Source of the DNA: Clostridia bacterium | Lineage (GTDB): Bacteria; Bacillota; Clostridia; Christensenellales; UBA1242 | Reading direction: 5' to 3' | NCBI GenBank assembly: GCA_036654655.1 | Contig: JAVVRP010000001.1 | Coordinates: forward strand, 138,426-202,425 | Length of the DNA: 64,000 bases | Part shown: in pieces, positions 1 through 9,342 of the stretch | How the letters are laid out: every line of letters starts with the position of its first letter | Numbering within the stretch: the first letter of the stretch is position 1 | Program-made: the position numbers and the translations under genes | Notes under the pieces: model-generated | Database searches by the model: none | The model's input: the letters and a program-made list of their open reading frames with translations, nothing else | What the model was told of the DNA's origin: nothing

Positions 1-162
1 TTTGCCACTTCCACCATCTTCAATTTCAATATAAATGTTTGTTGCACCAGCATCCAAACTGTTTTCAACAAGTTCTTTAACAATTGACGCAGGTTTTTCA
101 ACCACTTCTCCTGCCGAAATTTTGTTTTGTAATTGCTTGTCAAGTTTTAAAATTTTGCTCAT
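1..162 (-). CDS. mutL: DNA mismatch repair protein MutL, N-terminal fragment (gene runs off window start)
   Basis: Minus-strand translation from ATG at 160-162 gives [51 protein letters not shown], the GHKL-ATPase N-terminus typical of MutL. It starts 12 nt after the mutS stop. Confidence 0.85.
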   Translation of the reverse strand, partial: MSKILKLDKQLQNKISAGEVVEKPASIVKELVENSLDAGATNIYIEIEDGGSGK

Positions 163-174
163 AATTTACACCTT

Positions 175-2757
175 TTATTTTACCTTACCAACAAGATCAA
201 TCAAAATTTCAAAGGCCGATAATGGAGTTAACAAATTAACATTTATATCATTCAATACCCCCAAAATTTCAGTTGATCGTTTAACTTTTTCGGCAGATGT
301 TTGCGTTTGTTCTTGATTAAGTGACATCAATGCAAGGTTAGAACTTTCCAATGAATTTGTTAATTCTTTTGCTCTGTTAATTACATTTTTTGGAAGTCCA
401 GCAAGTGATGCAACTTCAACACCAAAACTTTTGTTTGCACCACCTCTAACAATTTTACGAAGAAATATGATATCTCCATTAATTTCTTTCACGTTTATTT
501 TATAATTTTTAACACCTTCAAGTTGCCCTTCCAATTCTGTAAGTTCATGATAATGCGTGGCAAACAAGGTTTTGCATTGCATTGTTTTGGACAGATGTTC
601 AACCACTGCCCATGCAATACTTAACCCATCAAGAGTTGATGTCCCACGCCCGATTTCATCCAAAACAACAAGGCTTTTGCTTGTTGCATTTGCAAGTATT
701 CCCGCAACTTCACTCATTTCAACCATAAAAGTGCTTTGCCCAAAAGCAAGGTCGTCACTTGCACCAACACGAGTGAAAATTCGGTCCACAATTGGAAATT
801 CTGCAATCTTTGCAGGTACAAAACTTCCAATATGCGCCATAAGCGTAATAACTGCAACTTGACGCATGTATGTGCTTTTTCCTGCCATATTTGGGCCAGT
901 TATTATTAATATTTTATCAGTTGTGTTGTTTAAAACAGTGTCGTTTCCAACAAAATTGCCATCTCCCAAAATTGATTCAACAACAGGATGCCTTCCGTCA
1001 ATAATTTTTATTTGATCAATATTGTTTGATATTTTAGGTTTTATGTAATTATTTTTAATTGCATCTTGGGCTAGTGAAAGCAAGCAATCAAGTTCGGAAA
1101 TGCAAAATGAAGTTTTTAATAAATTATCCATTTCTTTAATTAAAATTTGTTTAATTTGAGCAAATATTTGCTGTTCTAATTTTATTGATTGCTCTTCCGC
1201 ACCCAATATTTTATCTTCAATTTTTTTAAGTTCTTCGGTTATGTAGCGTTCATTATTTGCAACTGTTTGTTTTCTTTGATATCTTAAAGGAACATTGTTA
1301 ATTGATGGTTTATTTACTTCAATAAAATAACCAAAAACCCTATTAAACCCAATATGCAAACCTTTTATGTTTGTTTCTTTGCGCTCTTCTGCTTCCAAAC
1401 GAACAATCCACTCTGCACCATGTTTTTGGGCAGACCTAAGTTCGTCTAGTTCAGCAGAAAAACCATCTTTTATATAACCACCAGCAGATATCAACAATGG
1501 AGGTTCTTCACATATTGAATCATTTAAAATTTTTTGCAAGTCAATAAAATTATTTAAATTTTCAAAAATATTTTTTAGTTTTTTTGATTTGCAATCTGCC
1601 AATAATTTTAAAATTTCTGGGATTACGTAAATTGAATTTTTTAATGAAATGCAATCACGTGGATTGATGCTTCCAAAAGAAATTCTGCCTGTAATTCTTT
1701 CTATATCATTAATTTTTGAAAGCAGTTGTGATAGTTTATCCCTCAGAATAATCTTGGTATATAACTCCTCAACTGCATCTAGCCTTAAATTAATTTCTGT
1801 TGAATTTTGCAATGGTTGATCTAACCAATTTTTAAATTTTCTTCCACCCATTGAGGTTTTTGTCTGATCCAAAACATGCAAAAGAGAGCCCCGCTTTTTT
1901 CTATCACGAATAGTTTCTGTTATCTCCAAATTTTTGCGTGTGTTTAAATCCAAAATCATAAAATCGTCAGTTTTAATTTTTAAAATTTTTGAAATATGAT
2001 TTAATTCTCGCTTTTGCGTGTCTATTATGTACGAGATCAGTGCGCCAGAAGCAAAAACTGCATTTTGCATTTTAGAAATTTCATAAACTTGTGTAAAATT
2101 ATCGCCAAATTGTTTTTTTAAAACTTTTTCACAATTATTTTTTTCAAAATTTACATTATCATATTTGTAAAACTTTGGAACATCACCATTTTTAACTGGC
2201 ATCAAATTTTTGCTTATTTCAACTGCAAATTCATTTCCAATTATTTCTGATGGTGAAATCCTACATAAAATATCTGCTAATTTTTGTTCTTTGTTTTCTG
2301 TAAATTCTGTTGTTTGAAACTCACCTGTTGTTATATCGCAAAATGCAAATCCAATTGCTTTTTCACTTGCATAAACTGCTGAAATATAATTGTTTTGTCT
2401 TTCTTCAAGCATGCTTTCTTCAAAAACAGTACCTTTTGTTACAATTCTAACTACATCTCGTTCCACCAATTTGCCTTTTTGTGGCTCGCTTAATTGTTCA
2501 CATATGGCAACTTTATAGCCCTTGTTTATTAATTTATTTAAATAATTTTCGCAAGCATGATAAGGAATTCCGCACATTGGAGCACGCTGTTCAAGCCCGC
2601 AATCTTTTCCTGTTAATGTTATATCCAGTTCCCTAGACACCGTTATTGCGTCATCAAAAAACATTTCATAAAAATCACCAAGACGAAAAAAAAGTATGCA
2701 ATCTTTGTTTTTTTCTTTCATTTTAAAATAGTGTTGCATCATTGGTGAAAGGCTCAT
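175..2757 (-). CDS. mutS: DNA mismatch repair protein MutS
   Basis: 860-aa ORF. Has the N-terminal block PMMQHYFKMK..FFRLGDFYEMFF, Walker A GPNMAGKSTYMRQ, and STFMVEM...DEIGRGTST. Confidence 0.97.
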   Translation of the reverse strand: MSLSPMMQHYFKMKEKNKDCILFFRLGDFYEMFFDDAITVSRELDITLTGKDCGLEQRAPMCGIPYHACENYLNKLINKGYKVAICEQLSEPQKGKLVERDVVRIVTKGTVFEESMLEERQNNYISAVYASEKAIGFAFCDITTGEFQTTEFTENKEQKLADILCRISPSEIIGNEFAVEISKNLMPVKNGDVPKFYKYDNVNFEKNNCEKVLKKQFGDNFTQVYEISKMQNAVFASGALISYIIDTQKRELNHISKILKIKTDDFMILDLNTRKNLEITETIRDRKKRGSLLHVLDQTKTSMGGRKFKNWLDQPLQNSTEINLRLDAVEELYTKIILRDKLSQLLSKINDIERITGRISFGSINPRDCISLKNSIYVIPEILKLLADCKSKKLKNIFENLNNFIDLQKILNDSICEEPPLLISAGGYIKDGFSAELDELRSAQKHGAEWIVRLEAEERKETNIKGLHIGFNRVFGYFIEVNKPSINNVPLRYQRKQTVANNERYITEELKKIEDKILGAEEQSIKLEQQIFAQIKQILIKEMDNLLKTSFCISELDCLLSLAQDAIKNNYIKPKISNNIDQIKIIDGRHPVVESILGDGNFVGNDTVLNNTTDKILIITGPNMAGKSTYMRQVAVITLMAHIGSFVPAKIAEFPIVDRIFTRVGASDDLAFGQSTFMVEMSEVAGILANATSKSLVVLDEIGRGTSTLDGLSIAWAVVEHLSKTMQCKTLFATHYHELTELEGQLEGVKNYKINVKEINGDIIFLRKIVRGGANKSFGVEVASLAGLPKNVINRAKELTNSLESSNLALMSLNQEQTQTSAEKVKRSTEILGVLNDINVNLLTPLSAFEILIDLVGKVK

Positions 2758-2759
2758 TG

Positions 2760-3914
2760 TTATTTTAACTCCTTTTGAATTTCTTTTTCAAGTGCCAAAA
2801 GTTCATTTACCCTTATATTTTTTGTTTTTTCGTCAATCTGAGCATCCATAATTTCTGCCTTTGTACCTTTTCTGACCGAAAAAATAAAAGCAAAAATATG
2901 ATTAAACCTAACAAGTTTCATAAGATTTTTTGAGTCCTCAAAGTCCTTTTCTGTTTCTCCTGGAAAGCCGACAATAAAATCTGATGAAATTCTTATGTTT
3001 GGAATTTCTTTTCTTAATTTTTCAACCAAAAGCAAGTAATTTTCAACAGTATATTTTCTGTTCATTGCCTTTAAAATTGAGTCACTTCCACTTTGCACGG
3101 GAAGATGAATTTCTTTTAAAATTTTAGGCTGAATTGAAATTTCGTGTATGGTTTCATCTGTTAAATCTTTTGGATGAGATGATAAAAATGTTAATTTAAA
3201 ATCACCTTCAATGGCACAAATATCCTTTAAAAGTTGTGAAAAACTGCCATTTTCATTTGAATCAGTGCCGTAAGAATTTACATTTTGTCCTAACAAAGTT
3301 ATTGTTTTATATTTTTGTTTTACAAGTTGTTTAACTTCTTCCAAAATATCTTGTTTTGCACGGCTTCTTTCTCTTCCTCTAACATATGGAACTATGCAGT
3401 ATGAACAAAAATTATTACAACCATAAATAATATTAACCCATGCATTTTCACCACTGGTTCTTAGTGCATTTAAATTTTCTGTAATTTTATAATCTTCACT
3501 TATTTCAATTTGTCGGCATTTTTGATCAATTCTTCTTCTCAAAAAACCCTCGAACTTATCTAAATTTGAAGTTCCAAATATTATATCAATAAAAGGAAAA
3601 GTTTTTGTCAACCATTCCGTTTCAAATTTTTGTTGTGTCATACATCCACAAACAGCAATAATCACATCTCTTTTTTGCTTTTTAAGAAATTTTAAATTGC
3701 CAATATTGCCAATCGCGCGGTCTTCTGCCCCTTCTCTAATTGCGCATGTGTTAAAAACAATAACATCGGCATCATTAACATCATCTGTTGGCCTAAACCC
3801 TAAATTGGAAAGTACAAAAGCCAATTTTTCAGATTCATGCACGTTCATTTGACAACCAAAGGTTGTTATGTGGTACTTCTTCTCAATATTTTCCATAATT
3901 TCATTATACACCAT
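2760..3914 (-). CDS. miaB: tRNA methylthiotransferase MiaB-like (radical SAM MTTase), lacking a C-terminal TRAM domain
   Basis: 384-aa ORF. Has MTTase N-domain cysteines (TTFGCQMN, FNTCAIRE, CGCM) and radical-SAM CxxxCxxC (GCNNFCSYC). Position directly upstream of mutS matches ymcB/miaB in Bacillus. The protein ends right after the radical-SAM core. Confidence 0.85.
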   Translation of the reverse strand: MVYNEIMENIEKKYHITTFGCQMNVHESEKLAFVLSNLGFRPTDDVNDADVIVFNTCAIREGAEDRAIGNIGNLKFLKKQKRDVIIAVCGCMTQQKFETEWLTKTFPFIDIIFGTSNLDKFEGFLRRRIDQKCRQIEISEDYKITENLNALRTSGENAWVNIIYGCNNFCSYCIVPYVRGRERSRAKQDILEEVKQLVKQKYKTITLLGQNVNSYGTDSNENGSFSQLLKDICAIEGDFKLTFLSSHPKDLTDETIHEISIQPKILKEIHLPVQSGSDSILKAMNRKYTVENYLLLVEKLRKEIPNIRISSDFIVGFPGETEKDFEDSKNLMKLVRFNHIFAFIFSVRKGTKAEIMDAQIDEKTKNIRVNELLALEKEIQKELK

Positions 3915-4020
3915 TTTATGGCAAAAAGGAAATAATTTTGTAGCATTTTTAAAGTTTGTTTTTTTATAATAAAATTAAAATTTTATAATAAATTTTGTAA
4001 CTATTGCACACAATATCGTT

Positions 4021-6306
4021 ATGAAAAATAAATTTGGAAAGATTTTACTTTGGAGTGCAACAATAATCTTTTTTGCAAGTATTGTATTTGTTTTAGCAGG
4101 AGCAATTTCTTACTTTACTGGTGAACGAACAAAGTTTGAAATTGAAAAAATAACTCATCAAAATATTTCAATAGATTTTTTTGATAATAAAGATAACATA
4201 ATAAGACAAACAAATAGATTTTGCTCAAACTATGTAAAATTGGGAGCATTGCCAGCACATGTTCCTGCCAGTTTTGTTAGCATTGAAGATAAAGATTTTT
4301 ACAAGCACAAAGGAATAAATGTTAAAAGAATGATTTCTGCAAGTTTTACAAACATAAAAAATAGGCGTATTGTTCAAGGCGCGTCTACAATAAGCCAACA
4401 ATTAATAAAAAACACACATTTAACAACACAAAAAACTTTTAGAAGAAAAGTTAACGAAATTGAACTTGCCATTTCACTTGAAAAGCAATTAACAAAAAAT
4501 CAAATTTTAGAAAAATATTTAAACTTAATTTATTTTGGTGATGGATGTTATGGAATTGAAAACGCAAGCCAACATTTTTTTAACAAATCTGCAAAATATT
4601 TAACAATTTCAGAGGGTGCTTTGCTTGCAGGAATTATAAAATCCCCTGCTAATTTTAGCCCATACAGACATATGGAAGCGTCTAAAACACGCCGAAATAT
4701 TGTTTTGCAAGAAATGCTTAATGACAAAAAAATATCACAAAAAGAATTTGACCAAGAATCGTGTTTACCAATAATATTGACACCACAAAATAATAAAAAC
4801 AGCACTTTAAACTGTTATTTAGAATGCGCACTTGATCAAGCAACAAAAATTTTAAACACAACCGCTAAACAACTTGCAATTGGTGATTATCGAATTTACA
4901 CAAATTTTAATAAAGATAAACAAGACTTACTTGAAAAATCTTTTAATTATCATGACCCAAATTGCGATTACAGTGCAATATCAATTAATTCAAAAACGGG
5001 AGTGGTTGAAGGCTATGTTGCAAAAGGTAATTTAAAAGTTAGCGAGTGCCCACGTCAGCCTGGCTCGGCAATAAAACCACTTTTGGTTTACGCACCCGCC
5101 ATTGAAGAAGGAATAATTTCTCCAATAACACAAGTTTTGGACGAAAAAATTTATATTTCAAATTACAGCCCAAACAATGTGTCAGGAAATTTTGAAGGAT
5201 ATGTTAGTGTTGAAAAAGCAGTTGCAAAATCATTAAATGTCCCCGCAGTCAAAATTATGGGATATCTCGGAATCCCAAAATCAAAAATATATGGAGAAAA
5301 ACTAGGAATTAAATTTAACAAAAATGACACAGGTTATGCTCTTGCCCTTGGAGGCATGACCGAGGGCACAACTATTGGATCTCTTACTGGTGCATACACT
5401 CCATTTGCAAATCAAACAGGTTATTACACAAAGCCAAGTTTTTTAAAATATATTGCAAATTCTAATGGCGAAATTATTTGGAAAAACAATGATACCAAAA
5501 CAAAAGTTTTTGAAAATGACACAACTTATTTAACCACCAATATGCTTTGTTCTGCCGTTAAAAATGGCATCAGTAAATCACTCTTTTCAAAAAAATATCA
5601 GGTTGCCGCAAAAAGTGGAACAGTTGGTAAAACTTATGAAAAAAACAACAAAGATGCATGGTCTGTTGCTTACACAACGGCCGACCTTGTTGGAGTTTGG
5701 TTAGGCAATTTGGATGGAAAAAACATTGAATATAACGGAGGAAACATGCCTTCAAAAATTTCTAAAACCTATTTTGACAGTTTGTATTTAAATGAATCTC
5801 CTGTTAATTTTACAATGCCAAACAGCGTTGTACCAGTTGAAATTGATTCTTTGGAATTAGAACAAAATCATAAAGTTTGCAAGGCAAATGAATTTACACC
5901 AGAAAAATACAGACAAACTGCACTGTTTTCAAAAAGATTTTTGCCTCATTCAACTTCTTCAAACTTTATTTGGTTATCCGCCCCAACGTTGGATGGCCAT
6001 GTGGAAAACGACAACGCAGTATTAACTTTTAACACAGAATCACATTTGGAATATGAAATTTACAAAATTGAAAATAATCAAACAACACTTTTAAAGCAAA
6101 TAAGAAGTTTGGATGGCAAACAAACTATTTTCACACCATTAAAACAAAACGTAAGAACAAAATTTTATGTTATTTCAATTGCAACAAATTATGCCACCAA
6201 GCAACAAATAAAAAGCGAAATAAGCAACAAAATTGAACTTGTAAGATTTAATAATTACACATCTTTTTCCACTGACAAAAATGAAAGAAGAAAACTATGG
6301 ATTTAA
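4021..6306 (+). CDS. Class A penicillin-binding protein (bifunctional glycosyltransferase/transpeptidase, PBP1A-like)
   Basis: 761-aa ORF with an N-terminal TM helix. Has GT51 motifs EDKDFYKHKGI, GASTISQQL and RKVNE, transpeptidase SxxK (GSAIKP) and K(S/T)G (KSGTV). One of only 3 plus-strand genes. Confidence 0.9.
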   Translation: MKNKFGKILLWSATIIFFASIVFVLAGAISYFTGERTKFEIEKITHQNISIDFFDNKDNIIRQTNRFCSNYVKLGALPAHVPASFVSIEDKDFYKHKGINVKRMISASFTNIKNRRIVQGASTISQQLIKNTHLTTQKTFRRKVNEIELAISLEKQLTKNQILEKYLNLIYFGDGCYGIENASQHFFNKSAKYLTISEGALLAGIIKSPANFSPYRHMEASKTRRNIVLQEMLNDKKISQKEFDQESCLPIILTPQNNKNSTLNCYLECALDQATKILNTTAKQLAIGDYRIYTNFNKDKQDLLEKSFNYHDPNCDYSAISINSKTGVVEGYVAKGNLKVSECPRQPGSAIKPLLVYAPAIEEGIISPITQVLDEKIYISNYSPNNVSGNFEGYVSVEKAVAKSLNVPAVKIMGYLGIPKSKIYGEKLGIKFNKNDTGYALALGGMTEGTTIGSLTGAYTPFANQTGYYTKPSFLKYIANSNGEIIWKNNDTKTKVFENDTTYLTTNMLCSAVKNGISKSLFSKKYQVAAKSGTVGKTYEKNNKDAWSVAYTTADLVGVWLGNLDGKNIEYNGGNMPSKISKTYFDSLYLNESPVNFTMPNSVVPVEIDSLELEQNHKVCKANEFTPEKYRQTALFSKRFLPHSTSSNFIWLSAPTLDGHVENDNAVLTFNTESHLEYEIYKIENNQTTLLKQIRSLDGKQTIFTPLKQNVRTKFYVISIATNYATKQQIKSEISNKIELVRFNNYTSFSTDKNERRKLWI

Positions 6307-6314
6307 AACATCAA

Positions 6315-7334
6315 TTAGTCTTCTGCTGGTTCATCTTCCATATCAATTTGCTTTTCTTTCATAAGTTTGCGAATTTGAGTTTCAAGTTCAGCATAAACTT
6401 TTGCATTGTTTTGAATATATGCTTTTGCATTTTCTTTGCCTTGCCCTATTTTTTCACCTTTATAGGCAAACCAACTTCCTGCTTTTTGAACCAAATCAAA
6501 CAGCAATGCAAGATCTAAAACAGAACCAGATTTTGAAATACCTTCTCCATAAATTATGTCAAACTCTGCAATTTTAAAAGGTGGTGCAAGTTTGTTTTTT
6601 ACAACTTTAATTTTTGTACGATTTCCAATTATATTTGTGCCATCCTTAATTGTGTCAACTTTTCTAACATCTAACCTTATGCTTGCATAAAATTTAAGGG
6701 CTTTTCCACCTGTTGTGGTTTCGGGAGAGCCAAACATAACGCCAATTTTTTCTCTAAGTTGATTAATAAAAATTACACATGTTTTACTTTTACTTGTTAT
6801 TGCTGTAAGTTTTCTGAGCGCTTGGCTCATAAGCCTTGCTTGAAGCCCAACGTGATTTCCACCCATATCTCCTTCGATTTCAGCCTTTGGTGTAAGCGCT
6901 GCAACAGAGTCCACAACAACAACATCAACAGAACTTGTTCGCACCAATGCTTCACAAATGTCCAATGCCTGCTCTCCGTTATCTGGTTGAGAAACATACA
7001 AGTCTTCAACGTTAACCCCCAATCTTTTGGCATACGAAGGGTCCAGCGCGTGTTCTGCATCAATAAAAGCAACCGTTCCACCTAATTTTTGTGCTTCCGC
7101 TAAAATGTGCAACGCACAAGTTGTTTTTCCAGAAGATTCTGGTCCATAAATTTCAATTATTCTTCCGCGCGGAATTCCACCAATTCCAAGTGCCATATCA
7201 AGTGCTAAACAACCTGATGGAATAACATCAATCATCTGCGCTGGCTGATCTCCCAGCCTCATAATTGAACCCTTGCCAAACTGTTTTTCAATATTTAAAA
7301 TTGCTTGGTCTAATAGTTTTTTCTTTTCTTCCAT
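6315..7334 (-). CDS. recA: Recombinase RecA
   Basis: 339-aa ORF. Has Walker [10 protein letters not shown] and a RecA core ([21 protein letters not shown]), with full-length RecA-like sequence. Confidence 0.98.
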   Translation of the reverse strand: MEEKKKLLDQAILNIEKQFGKGSIMRLGDQPAQMIDVIPSGCLALDMALGIGGIPRGRIIEIYGPESSGKTTCALHILAEAQKLGGTVAFIDAEHALDPSYAKRLGVNVEDLYVSQPDNGEQALDICEALVRTSSVDVVVVDSVAALTPKAEIEGDMGGNHVGLQARLMSQALRKLTAITSKSKTCVIFINQLREKIGVMFGSPETTTGGKALKFYASIRLDVRKVDTIKDGTNIIGNRTKIKVVKNKLAPPFKIAEFDIIYGEGISKSGSVLDLALLFDLVQKAGSWFAYKGEKIGQGKENAKAYIQNNAKVYAELETQIRKLMKEKQIDMEDEPAED

Positions 7335-7371
7335 AAGTTCTCCCTAATGCAATTATTATACATTATAATAA

Positions 7372-7398
7372 ATAAAAAACAAAGCAATTTTGCCTTGT
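7372..7398 (-). terminator. Putative intrinsic terminator after pgsA
   Basis: Minus-strand RNA acaaggc-aaaatt-gctttgt forms a 7-bp stem (one G-U) followed by TTTTTT. It lies between the pgsA stop and the recA start. Confidence 0.45.
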
Positions 7399-7410
7399 TT
7401 TTAAAAATAT

Positions 7411-7424
7411 TTGAACATTTGTTT
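7411..7424 (-). promoter_or_regulatory. LexA/DinR (Cheo-box-like) operator candidate upstream of recA
   Basis: tGAACatttGTTtG resembles the Firmicutes SOS box CGAAC-N4-GTTCG, with mismatches at the outer and one inner position. It lies about 80 nt upstream of the recA ATG. Confidence 0.3.
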
Positions 7425-7433
7425 GACTTAATT

Positions 7434-8006
7434 TTATTTAAATACAGATTTATTTTTTACAATGTAATTTATAGCAGAAATTACGGTTAAAATGGTTGCA
7501 ATTCCAATTGCCACCCAATTAAAAATTTTGAAAACATTCATTAAATCACCTGTGAAACCAACTTGATTTGCATGTGCCAAAACAATCAACGAGCATAATG
7601 CGATATCGGTTACAAATGTTTTAATTTTTCCCCACTTATCTGCTGCCATAATAACATTTTTTGACGATGCAATCTGGCGAAATGCGCTTATAATTAACTC
7701 TCTTCCAATAATAATTATTCCAATAATAACTCCATATGGCGAGGGAACTGTTCCATCACATATTAGCAAAAGCAATCCAGCAAGAACCAAAACTTTGTCC
7801 GCAATTGGATCCAAAAATTTTCCTATTGTTGTAACCTGATTGTTTTTTCTTGCAAGATATCCATCCAGAAAGTCAGTTGCAGAGGCAATAATAAATAAAA
7901 CGAGTGCAATTATTTTTCCAAAAGGGATAAAATTTGCTAAGTAAAAAAATACTATTATTGGAATCATGAAAATACGAACTAATGTTATTTTGTTTGGTGT
8001 GTTCAT
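7434..8006 (-). CDS. pgsA: CDP-diacylglycerol--glycerol-3-phosphate 3-phosphatidyltransferase
   Basis: 190-aa polytopic membrane ORF with the CDP-alcohol phosphatidyltransferase motif DFLDGYLARK..GKFLDPIADK. The rimO-pgsA-recA order is common in Firmicutes. Confidence 0.92.
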   Translation of the reverse strand: MNTPNKITLVRIFMIPIIVFFYLANFIPFGKIIALVLFIIASATDFLDGYLARKNNQVTTIGKFLDPIADKVLVLAGLLLLICDGTVPSPYGVIIGIIIIGRELIISAFRQIASSKNVIMAADKWGKIKTFVTDIALCSLIVLAHANQVGFTGDLMNVFKIFNWVAIGIATILTVISAINYIVKNKSVFK

Positions 8007-9322
8007 TGTTTTACTCCTTTAAAAATATTATTTGAAAAATCGGTAATTAAAACGTTAACAAATTCGCCAATTGCCAACCCTTCACCACTTATTATAGCAT
8101 TAAAATCTACATTTGGCGAATTATTTTGTCCTCTTGCATAAAAATTATTTTTATCTGCTTTTTTATCAATAATCATTCTACAAACTTGTCCAACTTTTTC
8201 TTTATTTAGTTTATAAGCAATTTTTTCCTGAATTTTTTGAATTTTTTTAAGCCTTAATTGCTTAATAAAATTTGGAATTTGGTGTTTCATATATTTTGCT
8301 TTGGTAAAATCTTCTTTGCTATATGAAAAAAAACCTACGTTTTCCAATTTGTTTTCTTCCAAAAATTTACAAAGTTTTACAAACTGTTTGTGCGTTTCTC
8401 CCGGTAATCCTATTATAAATGTTGAACGTATTGCAATTTCTGAATCAATTTCTCTGATTTTTTTAATTAGATTTCTGGTCTGCTCTTCATCAATATGTCT
8501 GTTCATGCTTTTTAATATTTTGTTATCAATGTGTTGCAACGGAATATCAATATATTTGCAAACCTTTGAATTTGTTGAAATTAATTTTAAAAGTTCGTCT
8601 GAAACAAGTTCGGGATAGCAATAATGCAATCTTATCCATTGAACACCTTTTATTTTTGTTAACTGCAAAATTAAATTACAAAGCGAATATTTTCCATACA
8701 AATCTATGCCGTAACTGGTAACATCTTGGGCAACAATAATAAGTTCTTTAACACCGCCTTTAACAAGTTCTGTGGCTTCTGTAATAATTTCCTGCATTGG
8801 AATTGACCTAAATCTACCCCTAATTCTTGGAATTGTGCAATATGCACAACCATTATCACAACCCTCTGATATTTTTAAAAAGGCAAAGTGCTTTTGATTT
8901 GTTAAAAAACGTTTATAACTTTCAACTGCAAATTTTGAAGGTGAAATTTTGTATAATTCTTCAATAATTTGAGTGATATAACAATTGTTTTTAAAATTAA
9001 CAAAAGCGTCAACTTCTGGCAAACTTTTTTGCAATTCTTCTAAATTACGAACTGGCAAACAACCACACACAATAACTTTTTCGCACATGCCTATTTTTTT
9101 TTGATTTAATGCAAGTAAAATATTGGCAATTGCTTCTTCTCGTGCTGGAAGAATAAACGCGCAAGTATTAACAATAATTATATTTGAACTTTCAATATTA
9201 CTAACAATTTTAAAGCCGTATTCATTAAGAGAAGCAAGCATATGTTCAAGGTCAACATGATTTTTATCGCAACCCAAACTTATTGCAGAAATTGTTTTTT
9301 GTTTAAGTTCTTCTTTTGTCAT
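8003..9322 (-). CDS. rimO: Ribosomal protein S12 methylthiotransferase RimO
   Basis: 439-aa ORF. Has an MTTase N-domain (SLGCDKN, NTCAF, CGC), radical-SAM EGCDNGCAYC, and a C-terminal TRAM-like segment (VGQVCRMIID...VNVLITD). ATGA overlap with pgsA. Confidence 0.88.
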   Translation of the reverse strand: MTKEELKQKTISAISLGCDKNHVDLEHMLASLNEYGFKIVSNIESSNIIIVNTCAFILPAREEAIANILLALNQKKIGMCEKVIVCGCLPVRNLEELQKSLPEVDAFVNFKNNCYITQIIEELYKISPSKFAVESYKRFLTNQKHFAFLKISEGCDNGCAYCTIPRIRGRFRSIPMQEIITEATELVKGGVKELIIVAQDVTSYGIDLYGKYSLCNLILQLTKIKGVQWIRLHYCYPELVSDELLKLISTNSKVCKYIDIPLQHIDNKILKSMNRHIDEEQTRNLIKKIREIDSEIAIRSTFIIGLPGETHKQFVKLCKFLEENKLENVGFFSYSKEDFTKAKYMKHQIPNFIKQLRLKKIQKIQEKIAYKLNKEKVGQVCRMIIDKKADKNNFYARGQNNSPNVDFNAIISGEGLAIGEFVNVLITDFSNNIFKGVKQ

Positions 9323-9342
9323 TATTTCTCCATAATTAATTT

